A stretch of DNA of 56,794 nt, filler included, from Dirinaria sp. TL-2023a (GCA_051941275.1; 4 parts of 4 records of this genome joined end to end with filler, not necessarily neighbours in it); one strand, 5' to 3'. Counted from the whole stretch's first letter, positions 25,583 to 38,444 are shown. The notes: a model not told the origin generated them from the sequence alone. Made by a program: numbers and translations.

Positions 25583-26709
25583 GAAGCCGCGGTGCTTGTA
25601 ACGACTTTTCCGATAGATTCTGTTTGACACGACGATACCCCCATCCGTTCATTTAGCCGTGTTTTCGAGCGAAGACACGCACCAGCGAGGCGTTTCGGGA
25701 TCTGTTTGCCATGTACAAAGGGAGGCAGGGAAATGAAGAGAATATACCGCCATCGCTCACCCCCAAGGCGAAGGCGGCAGAGCCTAATGTGGGTAATAGT
25801 AGTACTACGATAATGTGTTATCATCTGCACAGCGAGCCAGCAGCGTGCAAGTCCGGCTGCAAGCGCACATCCAGCTTCGTCAGCTGTTTCTTTTTTTACC
25901 TCCGACGGCGCACCAGGGCCTGTCTTCAGTGAGTATTGAGGGAGATTGGGATGCCGAATAGGTGTGGGGCACTGGGTTCCTCCCACATTGACAACGCCGT
26001 CAGCGGTGATGTATGCGGGCGTTGAAAATACAGTCCTCGCCAAATAATCATGTAACTGCGTGCAAGTGTACATAGTCAGCGGATGGAAGTCCCAAACTCC
26101 ATAGAGAGACAGATACTCAATAATTGCTTCAACACTATGGCTTGTGTCTTGTGCCTACCTGCCTTACTTATCAACGTGTATTTGCCGCTAATGCCAATAT
26201 GGGTAGAAGAGCGGCTTCGATTAGGGTTAAGGTTGTCCCCCACCATTGATATTTCGTTATTCGGTTGCTTTGAGCGGCACCGTTACTCTAAGCGAGCCCC
26301 CATGCCTCTTAGGGAGCTAGGCTCCTTGGTACTTCAGGCGATCAGGCTAAGGAACTGCAGGCTGGAGGTTGAACCGTTATCGAAGATGAGCTCCACCAAT
26401 GATATCGAAGCCGACATGATTATTTCCAATGGATGGTCATTAAATACACGCGAGACAGGGGGGGGGATCAACTCCCCCCCCGCAGTATCGAACCACCCCC
26501 TTGGCTCGTCACTATTTCACTGTGTGATCGCCCCCCGTTCATTCATTCTCCCGCTTTCGGTGTATTTTACCCGTAATTCTACTTCAATGTAAGGCACTTT
26601 ATCATCTCACCTGGGTCGCTTCATCGTACACGAGGACTAGATCTGGTATCTAGTTATCATTCCACTTCCCCTTCTTCTTCCCCACGAAATCCCCTTCTCG
26701 CCCCCCTTA

Positions 26710-28385
26710 ATGATCCCTCGCTTGCGTCTAATCGCGGCCATTTGCGCCCTCGGGCTGATCTTCGTCTTCCACACTACCACTCTCTTTCGAGCCCACTCAT
26801 CTGTCACTGATCAGTTCGCCCAAGCGAAGCAACACTCCGCCTTCGAACCAGAGAATCAATCACCAATCGAAGAGCACCCAAACGTTGCAGTCCAAGGGTC
26901 AGAGCCGGCACCCAGTCACAGCCACACCCCGAATCCCTTCGTCACCACACACCCTCCCTCACCTTCTTCACCAACCGCCAGCTTCTGTCCTGGCCATCTA
27001 GAATGGCTCGAAGAGTTAGCAGACTCACCGGACGTTACCTTCCCGCTCAAGTATGCTCGTCGAGAAATCATCGTGCGCGAGAAGGAAGGGGTGCAGCGTT
27101 CTTCGGTGACGAGGCTGGACCAAGATCTCTTACCCGCTTTTCAAGACATATCGTCCCCCGATGACCTGCTTCGTCCCGAAAGTTGTTTGCCCCCTCTGGA
27201 AATCGATGTGCCAATCTGGAAGAGGAGGGTTGATGCGAGCCATATCGCGTTCGGGGCCACTACCACGTTAGAGCGGCTGGACGCATCGATTCCTTTCTTC
27301 CAGCGCTGGCTGGCGCACACCGGTGCCCACCTCTTCGTCATCACGAGAAGTAATGAAAATGCTGCGCCGGACCCGCAAGCGATGGCAGATGTGCAGGCCC
27401 GAATGCGCGATCTGGGCATCGATGTTACACTCGTGAAGCCAGAAGGCAAGAAAGTAGATCACGTTGTGCACTACTTCTCCCTCATAAAATTGTTGTGGAA
27501 AAACAGAAACTCTGACACGAAGTGGTTCGGTCTCATCGACGACGACACCTTTTTTGTCTCCATGTCGAACTTGATATCCCGACTCGCGGATTACGATGCG
27601 CAACAAGAATGGTACCTCGGCGCCGTCAGCGAAGAATGGTGGACGGTGCAGCACTACGGCTGGATCGCCATGGGCGGCGGCGGAATCTTCCTCTCCGCGC
27701 CATTGCTCTCCATCCTAGAAGGCAACTATGACGACTGCCTGCGCAACGCCCACCGCAGCTTTGGGGACCACCGAATCGGCGAGTGCGTTGCCCGCACCAC
27801 CCCCAACCGGCTCACGCACCTCGACGGCCTCTACCAAATTGACCTGCACGGCGACCGCTCGGGGGTCTTCGAGAGCGGCCGCGCCATCATCAGCCAACAC
27901 CACTGGAAAGAAGGCTACTGGAGCGAGACGGGAGCGGGCGCGGACAACATCCGGCATTCGCGCTGGTTCCCCATGGACGAGATGTCGCTCGTGGCGGAGA
28001 TCTGCGGGGACACGTGTTTCCTGCAGCGCTGGGCGTTTGGCGCGCACAGCATGCTGACGAACGGCTACTCCCTGGCCATTTACCCGCACCACGACCTCTC
28101 AGCAGCAGCAGCAGGAAAACAAGAAGCGGGGCAGAAAGCTAAAAAGGGGAAAACGATCGACTGGTGGAAAACGGAACAGACATGGGTCACGCCTCCGAAC
28201 GTGGAGGAGGAGCGGTACGAGACGAGCGGGTTCGATCATTACCTCGGCCCTCTGCGCCCGGCGTTGGAGCTCGACCGCGACAAACTGCATTACCGGTTCA
28301 TGCACGCGGCGGTCCTGGATGAGGGTAGAGCGGTGCGGCAGTATTTCCGGCGGCTGGGCATGGGGAAGCGGAAGGATGAGCTGGT
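26710..28385 (+). CDS. Glycosyltransferase family 31 (Fringe-like/DUF604), 3' end truncated by contig end
   Basis: N-terminal TM anchor, FGATTTLERL, KWFGLIDDDTFF (DxD), YLGAVSE, AMGGGGIFLS, QIDLHGDRSGVFESGR, SQHHWK, FLQRWAF. Confidence 0.88.
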
Positions 28386-28485
28386 NNNNNNNNNNNNNNN
28401 NNNNNNNNNNNNNNNNNNNNNNNNNNNNNTTAATTAATTAANNNNNNNNNNNNNNNNNNNNNNNNNNNNNNNNNNNNNNNNNNNN
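28386..28485. other. Artificial contig spacer
   Basis: 44 N + TTAATTAATTAA + 44 N. Confidence 0.97.
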
Positions 28486-28985
28486 GGTCCCTGGAGACCT
28501 TCTGTAATTTGATGTCTGGGTCGGTTTCCATGATTTCTGGCAAACTTGACATGAAAGAGCGTGTAGGACATCATTCATCGCCTCTCAAGCAGAGGAGAGG
28601 ATGAAGACAATTCAGGCAAGTCAGTCCAGCAAGAATATCAACACTCAAGACACGATCAGAATCTGTTAGGTTCTGCCGAGAGCTGAAATATCTACCCTAG
28701 AAGAACCCTAAGTGTTGGATAACAAGTAAGGTATCTGGAAGAGGGTGGCTAAGCGATACTATGCGCAAATGACCTTTTCAGTAGTCATTTAATCGTCAAG
28801 AAAGCAATTTCTTAGACTCATGTTTAGGCAGATCTCGCAGTGAGCAGATATTTTTCGACAAGCATGCCGAGAAAATCGTAACGATCGTATTTCCTCATGA
28901 TCAACTATATCGTAGCCTGCTAGGGATATCTTCGTTGTCTATGTTCGTAGATGCTGGTATTTCCAAATTCGCAGGAGCTGATATC

Positions 28986-31698
28986 CTATGCCACGAAGTT
29001 TCCCCCATTGATCCCATTGATTGCATAGCTTCCCATACCATACCCCGGCGACGTACCGTCCATACCGTTAGGATTCATCATAGAGGTGTCTTGATCCATG
29101 CTGTTCCAATTTGCATAGAGCTGACTCTGGTCTCGATACCACCAGTCTTGACTATCATTTATAAGTGCATCGACACCGCCGAAGAGCACCGAAGGCGATG
29201 TTTGCGAGTTTAATTGGCCTCGAGACATCCGATCTTGGTTCCATAAATTCTGTTGCATCTGGGGCAAAGCGAAGCTTTGTCGTCGAACCTTGCCAGAGAG
29301 ATCACTCGTGGATTGAGAAGCGACCGGAATCGATGCATTGGGCTGCGTTGTTTCCAGTGACGGGGCGGAGCCCATCATGTTACCGTTTGTGAACCCATTT
29401 GGAGTTGGCTTCGGAACAGACTCGTGACTGTGGGTCGGGAAAGATGCAGGATTGGCGGGGTTCTGAGGAGATGGGGTTTCCATTTTTGGGGAAGTCTGGT
29501 CCTTGAGCTTTGCTCCGACTCGCTGAAGAACCTTTTCTGCGTCCTTGGGTAACTGGATGTTCCAGCGCTTCGCGGACGCTTGTAAGATACCAATCGTCTT
29601 TCGAGCACAAATCCAGCTCTCGGATATTTCTTCAAGGTGCTTCAGGCCATGTGCAATGTCTCTCTCGGCATTCTTCTCCGGCAGATTAAGTAGGTGTATT
29701 GTACATGCTGAATGGAGGATGTATACGGCAATGTTGACAATCTGTCGCAAGCCGTAAGTACGCTTGTACAAGCGAACCAGCTTGGATATTGTCGAAGCTG
29801 CCTGGGTACAGAATTTGCGAGGTGACACGTTAGAAGGTAGCGGAGATGTAGACTGTTTGTACTTTAAGAAAGGGCGGAAGACATGGATGAAGAGTAGGTG
29901 GAAGAACATGCTGATCGCAATTTAGCATCCTTCAGGTTTATTGACCTTCGAACTTACTGTAGGACGAGCACGGAAGGCAATTGCCCTTCTTTAGGTTCCA
30001 ATTCCTTCGGCAGGTCCTTGCGCCATGCTTCCAGCCTTGTGTGTAATTCGCTTAGCTTCTTCAATTCGGCCTGTTTGCTCAATGGCTTATCAACATGTGT
30101 GGGATGGTAGAAGTACAACAGCAAATCGCTGCTTATTTCACACAGTGACGATATCTGCAAGGCTACTGCTCGGGTCCGCGACGGCTGAGAGTGTGCTTGG
30201 CTTTGGCCTGAATCGAGGTAAGGCGTCCACAGATCCGCGTCTTCCATTGGGAAAACTTCGAATTTGGGGACAGAGATGCTTGAAGCAGGGAATTGAGGTT
30301 GTCTTCCAAGATAGTTCGACCAGCACCTAGCACTCGTTAGCTTGACGTGAGAAGACTAGCCTCGATGCGAAGGCGTACTTATCAAACAAGAAGGAACCCC
30401 AGACTGTGATCCTTTTAGCATCCACCTCCTGCTCATCATGCGATGCAGAGACCGAGTCAATATTCAACCCGAGGTCGTAAGCCATCCGAAAACTCATACC
30501 ACTGTACACCCAGCCGCGCGCTTCCCGTCCGCAGCCAGCTTCTCGAACAGACATCAGCGCCAATGCTTGCACTGTGGCCAGCTTGGGATTCTCATGCTCA
30601 TCGTTTTCTAGGATTAGACGCTTGGCTTCCCTGAAAAAATGGTCACCGGCTGTCGCGCTATCCTGAGGATCAGCTCTCGCCGAGGGCCACGAGGTGAAGT
30701 GGCAACCGAGCGCCAGCATTGCGTTGACAAGGAGGCTGGTACAATACTCGTTCTTGCGCTTGGTCTCTGGCGGAGGCTTGCCAAGAAGGAAATCGCGGTA
30801 GAACAGGCTTTTCGACAAGGTGGTGAAGTACGTGTAATGCCATGTAAAGTACATGTTGAGAAGGTGAACGACAAGCTCAGGATCTGAGGTGACTTCGGTC
30901 CAAGAGGTCAAGGGATCATCTTGCTGTTGGTAGGAGTCTATGCTGTCCGTCGAGGCCGCCCTTTCCTGCGTCGTATCCTCCGAATCGACAAACATGAGGT
31001 TCGACGTTCCTCCAACAACGCTGACGGAGCCGTTCTCCAACCGAAGCTCCCCCAGCTTTCCTGAAAGCTCCTTCTCGAACTTGGGCACATTCGATAATGC
31101 CACATCGTTCTGTGTTGACTCCTCGTCGTCCTCCTGGTTGTCCTCCACCAACGCGCTATTCTTGCTCAAGATTGATTCCGCGACATCGTCCAGACTCTCG
31201 CACGTTCGGATTTGCTTCACCAGGTCCAGCACCTCGTCTTCCGGATAGTTGAGGATCGCTTGTATGAGGGTCTGTAGAGTGGAATTGCGCGTCTTCAGGT
31301 TGTCGATGTCCTTCTTGTAGACCCCTTTGCGCCGATGGTCTGAATTGGGGTCGTAGACACATTCGGTGCCGTAGACTGAAGCACAAGCCGCGCAACTGGG
31401 AGTATTGCCATCGCACTGGGTTCTGTTAGCTCGCAATGCGTCATTGGTGGACCACTAGGCCTCGGCTTCAAAGGCAGACCTTGGACTTCCGTTTTCGACA
31501 AGCTATACACGCGGTGCTCACGCAGCGGCGCTTGGCTGAGGTGGTCGATTCTCTGTCCTTGTCCTTATTCTTGTCTTTATCCTTTCGTCCCGATTTGGTT
31601 TTGGTAGCAAGTGTAGGAGATGGAACAGGACTGTTAACAGCTTGATGGATATGCGAGGGATCGGTGTCTGGAAGCTGTGGCTGTTCTGCCTCAGCCAT
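28986..31698 (-). CDS. Zn(II)2Cys6 transcription factor with fungal-specific TF domain (NirA-like family)
   Basis: ACIACRKRKSK|CDGNTPSCAACASVYGTECVY across intron 31416-31479. Middle homology region HLLNMYFTWHY, ATVQALALMSVREAGCG, GWVYSGMSFRMAYDLGL. Confidence 0.92.
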
Positions 31699-32498
31699 AA
31701 CAGTCGCTATCCGAAGCTCCTCGGAGATGCAGCGAGAAATTCTTCTCTCGTCCCCCTCACGTAATCGAGAACGTGCGACGGCGACTAGACTTTTACTCGA
31801 GGCTTCCCAGGAACTCGTCGCAAACTAAACGCAGCCGTTTCCTGCTGGTGACAAGTGACGAAACCCTGCCTTTAGCATCTGGGGATCTCCATGACGAAGG
31901 CCATCGGTCCTTTTGCGACGGCCGTGGTTTTGGTGAGTTTCTCTTGGTACTATTTGCCCTGCAGCGTCCCCACGCCACTAGAGCTTCATTGGCTCGGACC
32001 TTCGATTTCAAATATCCAATTCTACGGCTCTACGTGAACTCTCCTCAAGATCTAAATAGAGTCTCAGAGCTTGCGGAACCTCTCATTGCATCCTCTCTCA
32101 CTCGTACCCTACACGGAGGCTACACTGCAATTCTGCGACGAGCTGATGAGCGCGAGGCTTGATTACTCATGCGAATCCTGCGATAAGGGACAGGCATAGT
32201 AGAAGGAGTGCAGAAGATAAGGTAGATAGCTCGATAGGTACAAGAGTGGTAAGGCCGAAGTAACCCAGGACATGGTTGCTCTGATACTGCAAATCACATG
32301 ATCACGACCGAGCACGGTGTGGCTGGCGAAATGGAATATGATTGATAGCTTAGCTTTGATGAAATTATCCTTGACTTTATCGATGACTTCGAAAGCGATC
32401 CATATTTGCATTGCAAGGGTATCTAACTTTTCTATAACTCCATTCTCCGTCGTCATGGTCCAATCCCGCGCCGTCCGGTGGCTATGATTTTGAATCTA

Positions 32499-33891
32499 CT
32501 ACTGGATTGGCAAATTAGTCAATTGCACAGACGGTGGGCCCAGAATTCCAAGGACTGCAGACGTACCAAGAAATAATCAGCAACAGGCTTCTTCGCCGGC
32601 ATCCCTCGTGAATCTTGTGGCGCCGCATCAAACACCCGGTATCGCCTGCCTGGTCCAGCCCGTGGAGGACCGTCGGTAGGCACGGCGCTCGTGCTTCTTC
32701 CCACATCGCCGTTGCTCCTTGCAACAATGCCGCCGTTGCTCGTGTCTTCTCCTAATTCGAGTATTGCGGCCACGTTGCCACATCGGTAGCAGTAGTTTGG
32801 CGCAGACCACACAGTCACAATCTGGGAGTCGAACATCTCCTTGAAACCTTCCATCACGAGCTGATGTGCGCGCGCAATAAGGGACAGGTCGTTCAGGTAG
32901 TTGAAGCGTTTGACGATGTCTGCGCCAAAAAGGAAGCCAGCGCCACGGGGTGAAAGACCCCAGCCGTCAATATCGTCGGGGTCGCTCCATAGCAGATCAC
33001 ACATTGCTCCCTCGTGAGGGACTTCTTGCTTTCGATCCAATAGCCGTATCTTGTCCACGCTGTCGATCAGAGGGCTGAGCCCGCCGTGAACGCAGAGCAC
33101 AGCGCCGCCACCGCTCCCTTGTGACCCTCCGCTATCTCCCGAAGCGCCAGTACCGGCTGGACCAGTTTTGCTGGGCGTCGTTTGACTTGGGGAAGCTGGG
33201 GGGGAAGATCCAAGACTTTCGCCCTCTATGATGCGCCGCCTATCCCGTGGAAACCGCGCGGTGACTTCGCTCCTGTGATTCATGATCTCGATCTCGATTG
33301 TGTCGTCCACCGGGGGCATATTCAGTGTTGTTCCTGCGTCCAACGGCGACGGTTCCAGCGTGGCACTTGTCCCAAGCACCAAAGCCCCAAGCGCTAGATA
33401 GTCAAAGACCTCGCAACAGTACCTCCACACATTTGCGCTGCCGTACTTCCTCAGACACTCGTCGTAGAACCCATACACCGTTGTGATTTGCCTTGACTCA
33501 TGGTTCCCTCTTATCAGCGTGATTCGGTCGGGATATCGGACCTTGAGGCACAGGAGTAGAAGGAAGCTCTCGAGCGAGTAGAAGCCGCGATCCACGAAAT
33601 CGCCCATGAAGAGGTAATTTGTGTCTGGCACGTCTCCGCCCACTCGGAAGAGCTCCATGAGGTCATGGAACTGTCCATGTATATCGCCGCATATTGTGAC
33701 TGGCGCATCCACTTGCACGACGTTACCTTCTTCGATCAAGAGCTCTCGCGCCTTGTAGCATAGCTCACGGACTTGCGATTCGGGGATGGCTCGGCAGGCG
33801 CGCAGTTCCGCTATGGCACTGTGAAGGTAAGAAAAGATAAGTATCCGATGAACAGGCTGAAACGGCGAGCATACCGATCAAGATCGCTCAT
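32499..33891 (-). CDS. PPH3: Ser/Thr protein phosphatase 4 catalytic subunit (PPP family)
   Basis: [41 protein letters not shown]. The PP4-type C-terminus KKPVADYFL is followed by intron 32502-32566 and then the TAG. Confidence 0.92.
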
Positions 33892-35052
33892 CGTTCGCTT
33901 TGGAGGGTTTGTGGGGCACCAGCTGCAGAGAAAGCTGGCTGGTTGCTAGAACACAGCACCCAGTACAGCGATCGGCGGTGGCAAGCTGCACAAGTGTCCT
34001 CCAAGCCGGAACGCTAGAGCGAGGAGCAAACTAGAGCACACAGTCTGAATTGGGTTGAGGTAAAGATTATGTACAAAGTTGAGAATGACCCGACTAAAGG
34101 CTCATGGAGGACCTTACGATCTTACCTCTACTAGAAAGGTGCCCTGACCTGATGTGCTTGTACCTTACAGGTACTTTAGCCGTTTTTCGCCTGGTCACGC
34201 CAGCGCGCGCTTGGCGCGTGTTGCCCCGCGGTACAAAAAAGGTACATAAAGGTACAAGCATGACTTTCGGAACAGCCTTTAGGTAAGATCTTACAACACA
34301 GGAGACAGGCCACCTTAGAACCCTGTCCAAATTGAAGTAACACTTAAAATTTGCTGATTATTATAGTGACTGGACACGCATAAGCATGAAATGAAGATCC
34401 TGTTCCTCACAGTGCGGTCTATACATAAAAGTGATGTCTGTGCCTACTGACTCTACATACGTCAGTACGTATACCTTACTCCCATCCAGATCCGGGGATT
34501 AGGATAACCTACCTAAGCATGCAGCTTACCAACAGGAACCCTTAACTTAAACGTACTTCTTCATGGAACGCGGGGTCCAACACTTTAAAACGCCATGTTG
34601 GCGAGGCTTCGGAGCCGCCCCCACAATAATTAAATGGCTAATCACCACTCTGGAGGGAGGGCTGCCGCGTGCCAGGTATCACCGTGGTTCGATCTGAACA
34701 ATGTTTTGCCCCGGGTTTGAGGCTCAAAGCGGCAAGTTTGGCCCCTCCGGCAGTCGGTCCGTGTTTCACTACACTTACTATGGTCCTGCGTATATTGCCA
34801 ATGCTTATATGTGACCTCACCTGGGGTCTTGACAAGGCGGCGAGGCAGACATACGGTACTTTTACGTCAGGTAGTATAGGGAAGGCTGGGGGCTATGGCG
34901 AAAGATGTAGCTGGACAGATATATAAATCTCCTAAACCTGCTTCCCAATTCCCAGAGATGTTTTGCCTTGCATTGTGTTTGGAAAAGACGTTTTTTGCTC
35001 TTCAATACCATCCTCTCGGAATAGTCCACCTACGATCAGTCTCTTTTCCAGA

Positions 35053-35793
35053 ATGAAGACGTCTTTCATCACGGCCTGTAGTGCCTTTCTGCTCTCACAC
35101 ATCCACCGCGGCGCAGCGCAGTCCTGCTCTCCCCTCTCCGATGTCAAAATAACCTTCTTCGGCTACCCTGACAACTCTCCCCCAGGGGCTGGTCTGGCAT
35201 TCACACAGTGCGGACATTCGCTCGCTGGCGGAACCGGCAGCTATGACGATCCTATATCGTTCGCGACGGCCACCGACGGCGATTTCAAAGTCTGCGACGT
35301 CGTCTATCTACCTTGGGTGAAGAAATACGCACGCTACGAGGATGACTGCGAGCAATGTGGGGAAGACTGGGACAAGAATCACGAATACCATATCGATCTG
35401 TGGACCGGCTCCACGACCGAGAATGGAGGGCAAACGCAGATTGATTGCGAGAACTCACTGCCCGGCGGACCGCAGACCATAGTCCGAAACCCGCCTAAGA
35501 ACCTCGAAACCGACACTGCGCCCTTTTTTGCAAATGGGAATTGCAACAGGAAGACTTATCCTGTGGGTTCGGATACGAGTCTTTGTTCTTCGTCCAGTGG
35601 CGGGGGAGGAGGCTCGTCTGCGACTTCAACGTACACGCCGACAACGCTAGCAAGCACTACAAAACCAGCAACACCATCGCAGTCAGCCAAATGCACCTGG
35701 ACCGGGCACTGTCTGGGCGCGCCTTGTCAAGACTACAATGATTGCGACGGGCAGCTCATATGCACGGATCATCAATGTGCGGTAGGGTCTTGA
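35053..35793 (+). CDS. Secreted protein: uncharacterised N-terminal domain, Ser/Thr linker, C-terminal Cys-rich module (246 aa, intronless)
   Basis: Signal peptide MKTSFITACSAFLL...AAQ; TFFGYPDNSPPG, AGGTGSYDDPISFA, YEDDCEQC, HIDLW; C-terminal CTWTGHCLGAPCQDYNDCDGQLICTDHQC. Confidence 0.85.
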   Translation: MKTSFITACSAFLLSHIHRGAAQSCSPLSDVKITFFGYPDNSPPGAGLAFTQCGHSLAGGTGSYDDPISFATATDGDFKVCDVVYLPWVKKYARYEDDCEQCGEDWDKNHEYHIDLWTGSTTENGGQTQIDCENSLPGGPQTIVRNPPKNLETDTAPFFANGNCNRKTYPVGSDTSLCSSSSGGGGGSSATSTYTPTTLASTTKPATPSQSAKCTWTGHCLGAPCQDYNDCDGQLICTDHQCAVGS

Positions 35794-36771
35794 TTCCTAG
35801 CCATGTTGGGAGGTTGAAACAAGGGGCTCCGTAGGACTGGAATAAGGGATTCAGAGAAGCCGCAGGTATTTCTGAATAAAAGCGTCTGAATGCCAACACC
35901 ACGATCTCCTCAGAAATCGCCAATGCGTTTGTTCTATTTGTCTATGTCTTCTCTTTTGAAACTTTCCCAACATTGTTGACCGACTTTCCACCCCCCCTTT
36001 TCTTTCTTATTATGCCCCAAGCTGTTGATAGGTCTTTTCAGAAGTGTGTATCTGCGCATGAAGTTGCTCACTATGGAAAGATCCAATGGCCCGGATTGTC
36101 CGGCTGCGACTAGGACTAGATGACAGTAGATGTTTTGATCGGGTTGTAATACTTGCCATGCGATACGGAAGAGAGTTGAAATAGATCGCCACTACCGTCA
36201 CACTACCTTCCCTACTATTCGCTTATCGTCTATCAATATCGCTCTTATACACCTCTCTCTTCCTATAACCTCTTTAACCTTGAACGATTTGTCTATTTAA
36301 CGGTGGCACCTTCGTGGTGATTCAATCCATCCTCCGTGTGTAGAAACGTCTCCACTTGAAACGCGCACTCTGTCAGGGAAAAGAAATAGATATACGTAAG
36401 TCCAGGGCATCGATTGGGATGCCTTAACAGGTGAAAATGAGTGGGGTGAGGGAGGTGGTGTGGCGGCAACGGGACCCTTGAAATATTGCATGTTCTTGTC
36501 AAATGTTAGACAAATTCAGATAGACGACGATGTTACATAGCGCGAATGTAATTGCTTGGAAATCGATTTTGACTAGATAGTACGGACGAAGACTTGGATT
36601 TGGGAACGAAGTTGATCTTGGCTTCGATTGTGTTGGGTTCCGATGCCAAGACTTGGCAATCTTTATGCACGCAATTAAACCCAAATGATCATCTCGCCAC
36701 CATCATCTTCACCTTGATATTCGCCATCTACAGCTTCATTTCGAACTTGTAAACCCTCTCGTGTACTTGAA

Positions 36772-38202
36772 ATGGGAGTTGATGTTGACGGGATCTCGGC
36801 ATTCTATGACCACCTCACAGCCCACATCGTCCCAGGTCCTAACAACATAAGTTACTTCATTCCCTTGTTTCTTCTTCCCACCGCTCTGTGCATCTCGCCT
36901 GATGTCTTGTCACATAAACAGCTCTGTGCCGTCTTTTTGCCCGCGATCTTCGCTTGCCTGCTTCGCTCTTGGCAGTCGATGCAAGGTGTTGATGTCATAT
37001 CGTTGAATATTGCAATCTGGAGCTTTGATTTGCTGGTTTGCTACGATCCCAGGATGAGCTTTAAACGAATTCGCTTATTGAGCGATAGAGAGAATACTGA
37101 AATTGATAACACAGCCGAGACTCGGATTGATGGGTCCGCGAAGGCACAGACTTCGCTCAATGGCCTGTCAACGAGCCAAAATCATCAACCTCAGCCAAAT
37201 TTTGGCCAAATTCACCACACGTCCAAGAACCAAAATGCACGATACCGTCAAGAGCCTTACCCTACAAGGCTGGCTCCACGAATCGTCTGGGTTCTTACAC
37301 TCCTCCCTTCCCTCCAATTCACCCGCTGGCGGATCAGCATGCCCTCGCATGACTCCCTTCAACCACCTGGGCCTCTCCCACGTCTTGTGTTCCTCCGAAC
37401 CGCTCTCACGCTCATACCCGTCGCTTATTTGCTTCTTGACCTCACTGCTTTCTACATCTCAACGGATGCTTACTTTCATGAGTCTGGAACTAGCGTGGAT
37501 GATCCTCTCTCTGCGTCATTTCTCCAAGGTCTCCCTCCAAGAGTAGTCCGCGCCTCAATCCTCGCTGTCCAAATCTACGCCTTGGTTCCTCTTATGATGA
37601 TGATCCTCATACCTGCAGTAATAGCTCTGAATTCGCTCAGCATCCTGCCTGATGAGTGGAGTCCCCATACCTGGCCTCCGTTCTTCGGAAACTTCTCTTC
37701 AATAGCCGATCACGGCCTTCGCGGACTTTGGGGACGCTGGTGGCATCAGCTAAGCCGTTACCCTACCTCCACACCCGGACGGTGGCTTGCCGATCGCCTG
37801 AATCTTCCGAGGAAGTCAGCAACCAGGTACGCGCTTTTGGTCATCTCGGCTTTCGGGCTCAGTGGAGTCATCCATATGGGCCTTGTCCCCGCAGAGCCAC
37901 TACGGACGACTATGAAACCAAATCAGATGAGGCTCCACCTAGCTGGGTTCTTTTGGGCGCAGATCCCAGGGATTTTTGTTGAGACTGCGGCTGCCAGATT
38001 GGCTAACAAGCGGTATATTAAGAAAGCCAAAGGCTGGAGAATTTGTAAAGTCATAACCTTGATTTGGGTTGCGTTCTGGATGAGCATGACCATGCCTTTA
38101 TTGACGCCGCCGTTTCGAGAGCTGGGTTATTGGGAAGTCTGGCCGGTGCCGGTGAGTATGATACGAGGAATGACACAGGGTACGTGGTGGATGTGGTGGT
38201 GA
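36772..38202 (+). CDS. Membrane-bound O-acyltransferase (MBOAT_2 / wax synthase / Tri7-like)
   Basis: Multi-TM. WPPFFGNF...LRGLWGRWWHQ, AFGLSGVIHMG (conserved His), FFWAQIPGIFVE, WPVPVS. Confidence 0.88.
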   Translation: MGVDVDGISAFYDHLTAHIVPGPNNISYFIPLFLLPTALCISPDVLSHKQLCAVFLPAIFACLLRSWQSMQGVDVISLNIAIWSFDLLVCYDPRMSFKRIRLLSDRENTEIDNTAETRIDGSAKAQTSLNGLSTSQNHQPQPNFGQIHHTSKNQNARYRQEPYPTRLAPRIVWVLTLLPSLQFTRWRISMPSHDSLQPPGPLPRLVFLRTALTLIPVAYLLLDLTAFYISTDAYFHESGTSVDDPLSASFLQGLPPRVVRASILAVQIYALVPLMMMILIPAVIALNSLSILPDEWSPHTWPPFFGNFSSIADHGLRGLWGRWWHQLSRYPTSTPGRWLADRLNLPRKSATRYALLVISAFGLSGVIHMGLVPAEPLRTTMKPNQMRLHLAGFFWAQIPGIFVETAAARLANKRYIKKAKGWRICKVITLIWVAFWMSMTMPLLTPPFRELGYWEVWPVPVSMIRGMTQGTWWMWW

Positions 38203-38444
38203 GGAATGTATCTCCATTCAAGAAGACTACATCCTTTGCAGGAAGCCCTGTGACTGCGCTATGCTTCATTATGAGCTTCCCTTATGACTTTCAGCTTCGC
38301 TTTGGAAAGGCAGAAACCCTGACTTACGTACGGAAGATCTTACACCGTATCCTTGTAAGTAGACGCATCACGGTGCACGTGGTTGAGTCATCACTCATTG
38401 AGAATTAGGTGGTATCAAGGGGGGTTCCACTCCCACCACACCAC

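Noticed and set aside
26221..26234. TTAGGGTTAAGGTT as a telomere or interstitial telomeric repeat
   Set aside because: Only one perfect unit; expected by chance.
25450..26592. ORFs 25450..26073 (-) and 26083..26592 (+)
   Set aside because: No family features, and they overlap the RAX2 3' end and the GT31 promoter; probably spurious.
26710..31698. GT31 and Zn2Cys6 factor as a linked gene pair
   Set aside because: They are separated by an artificial contig spacer.
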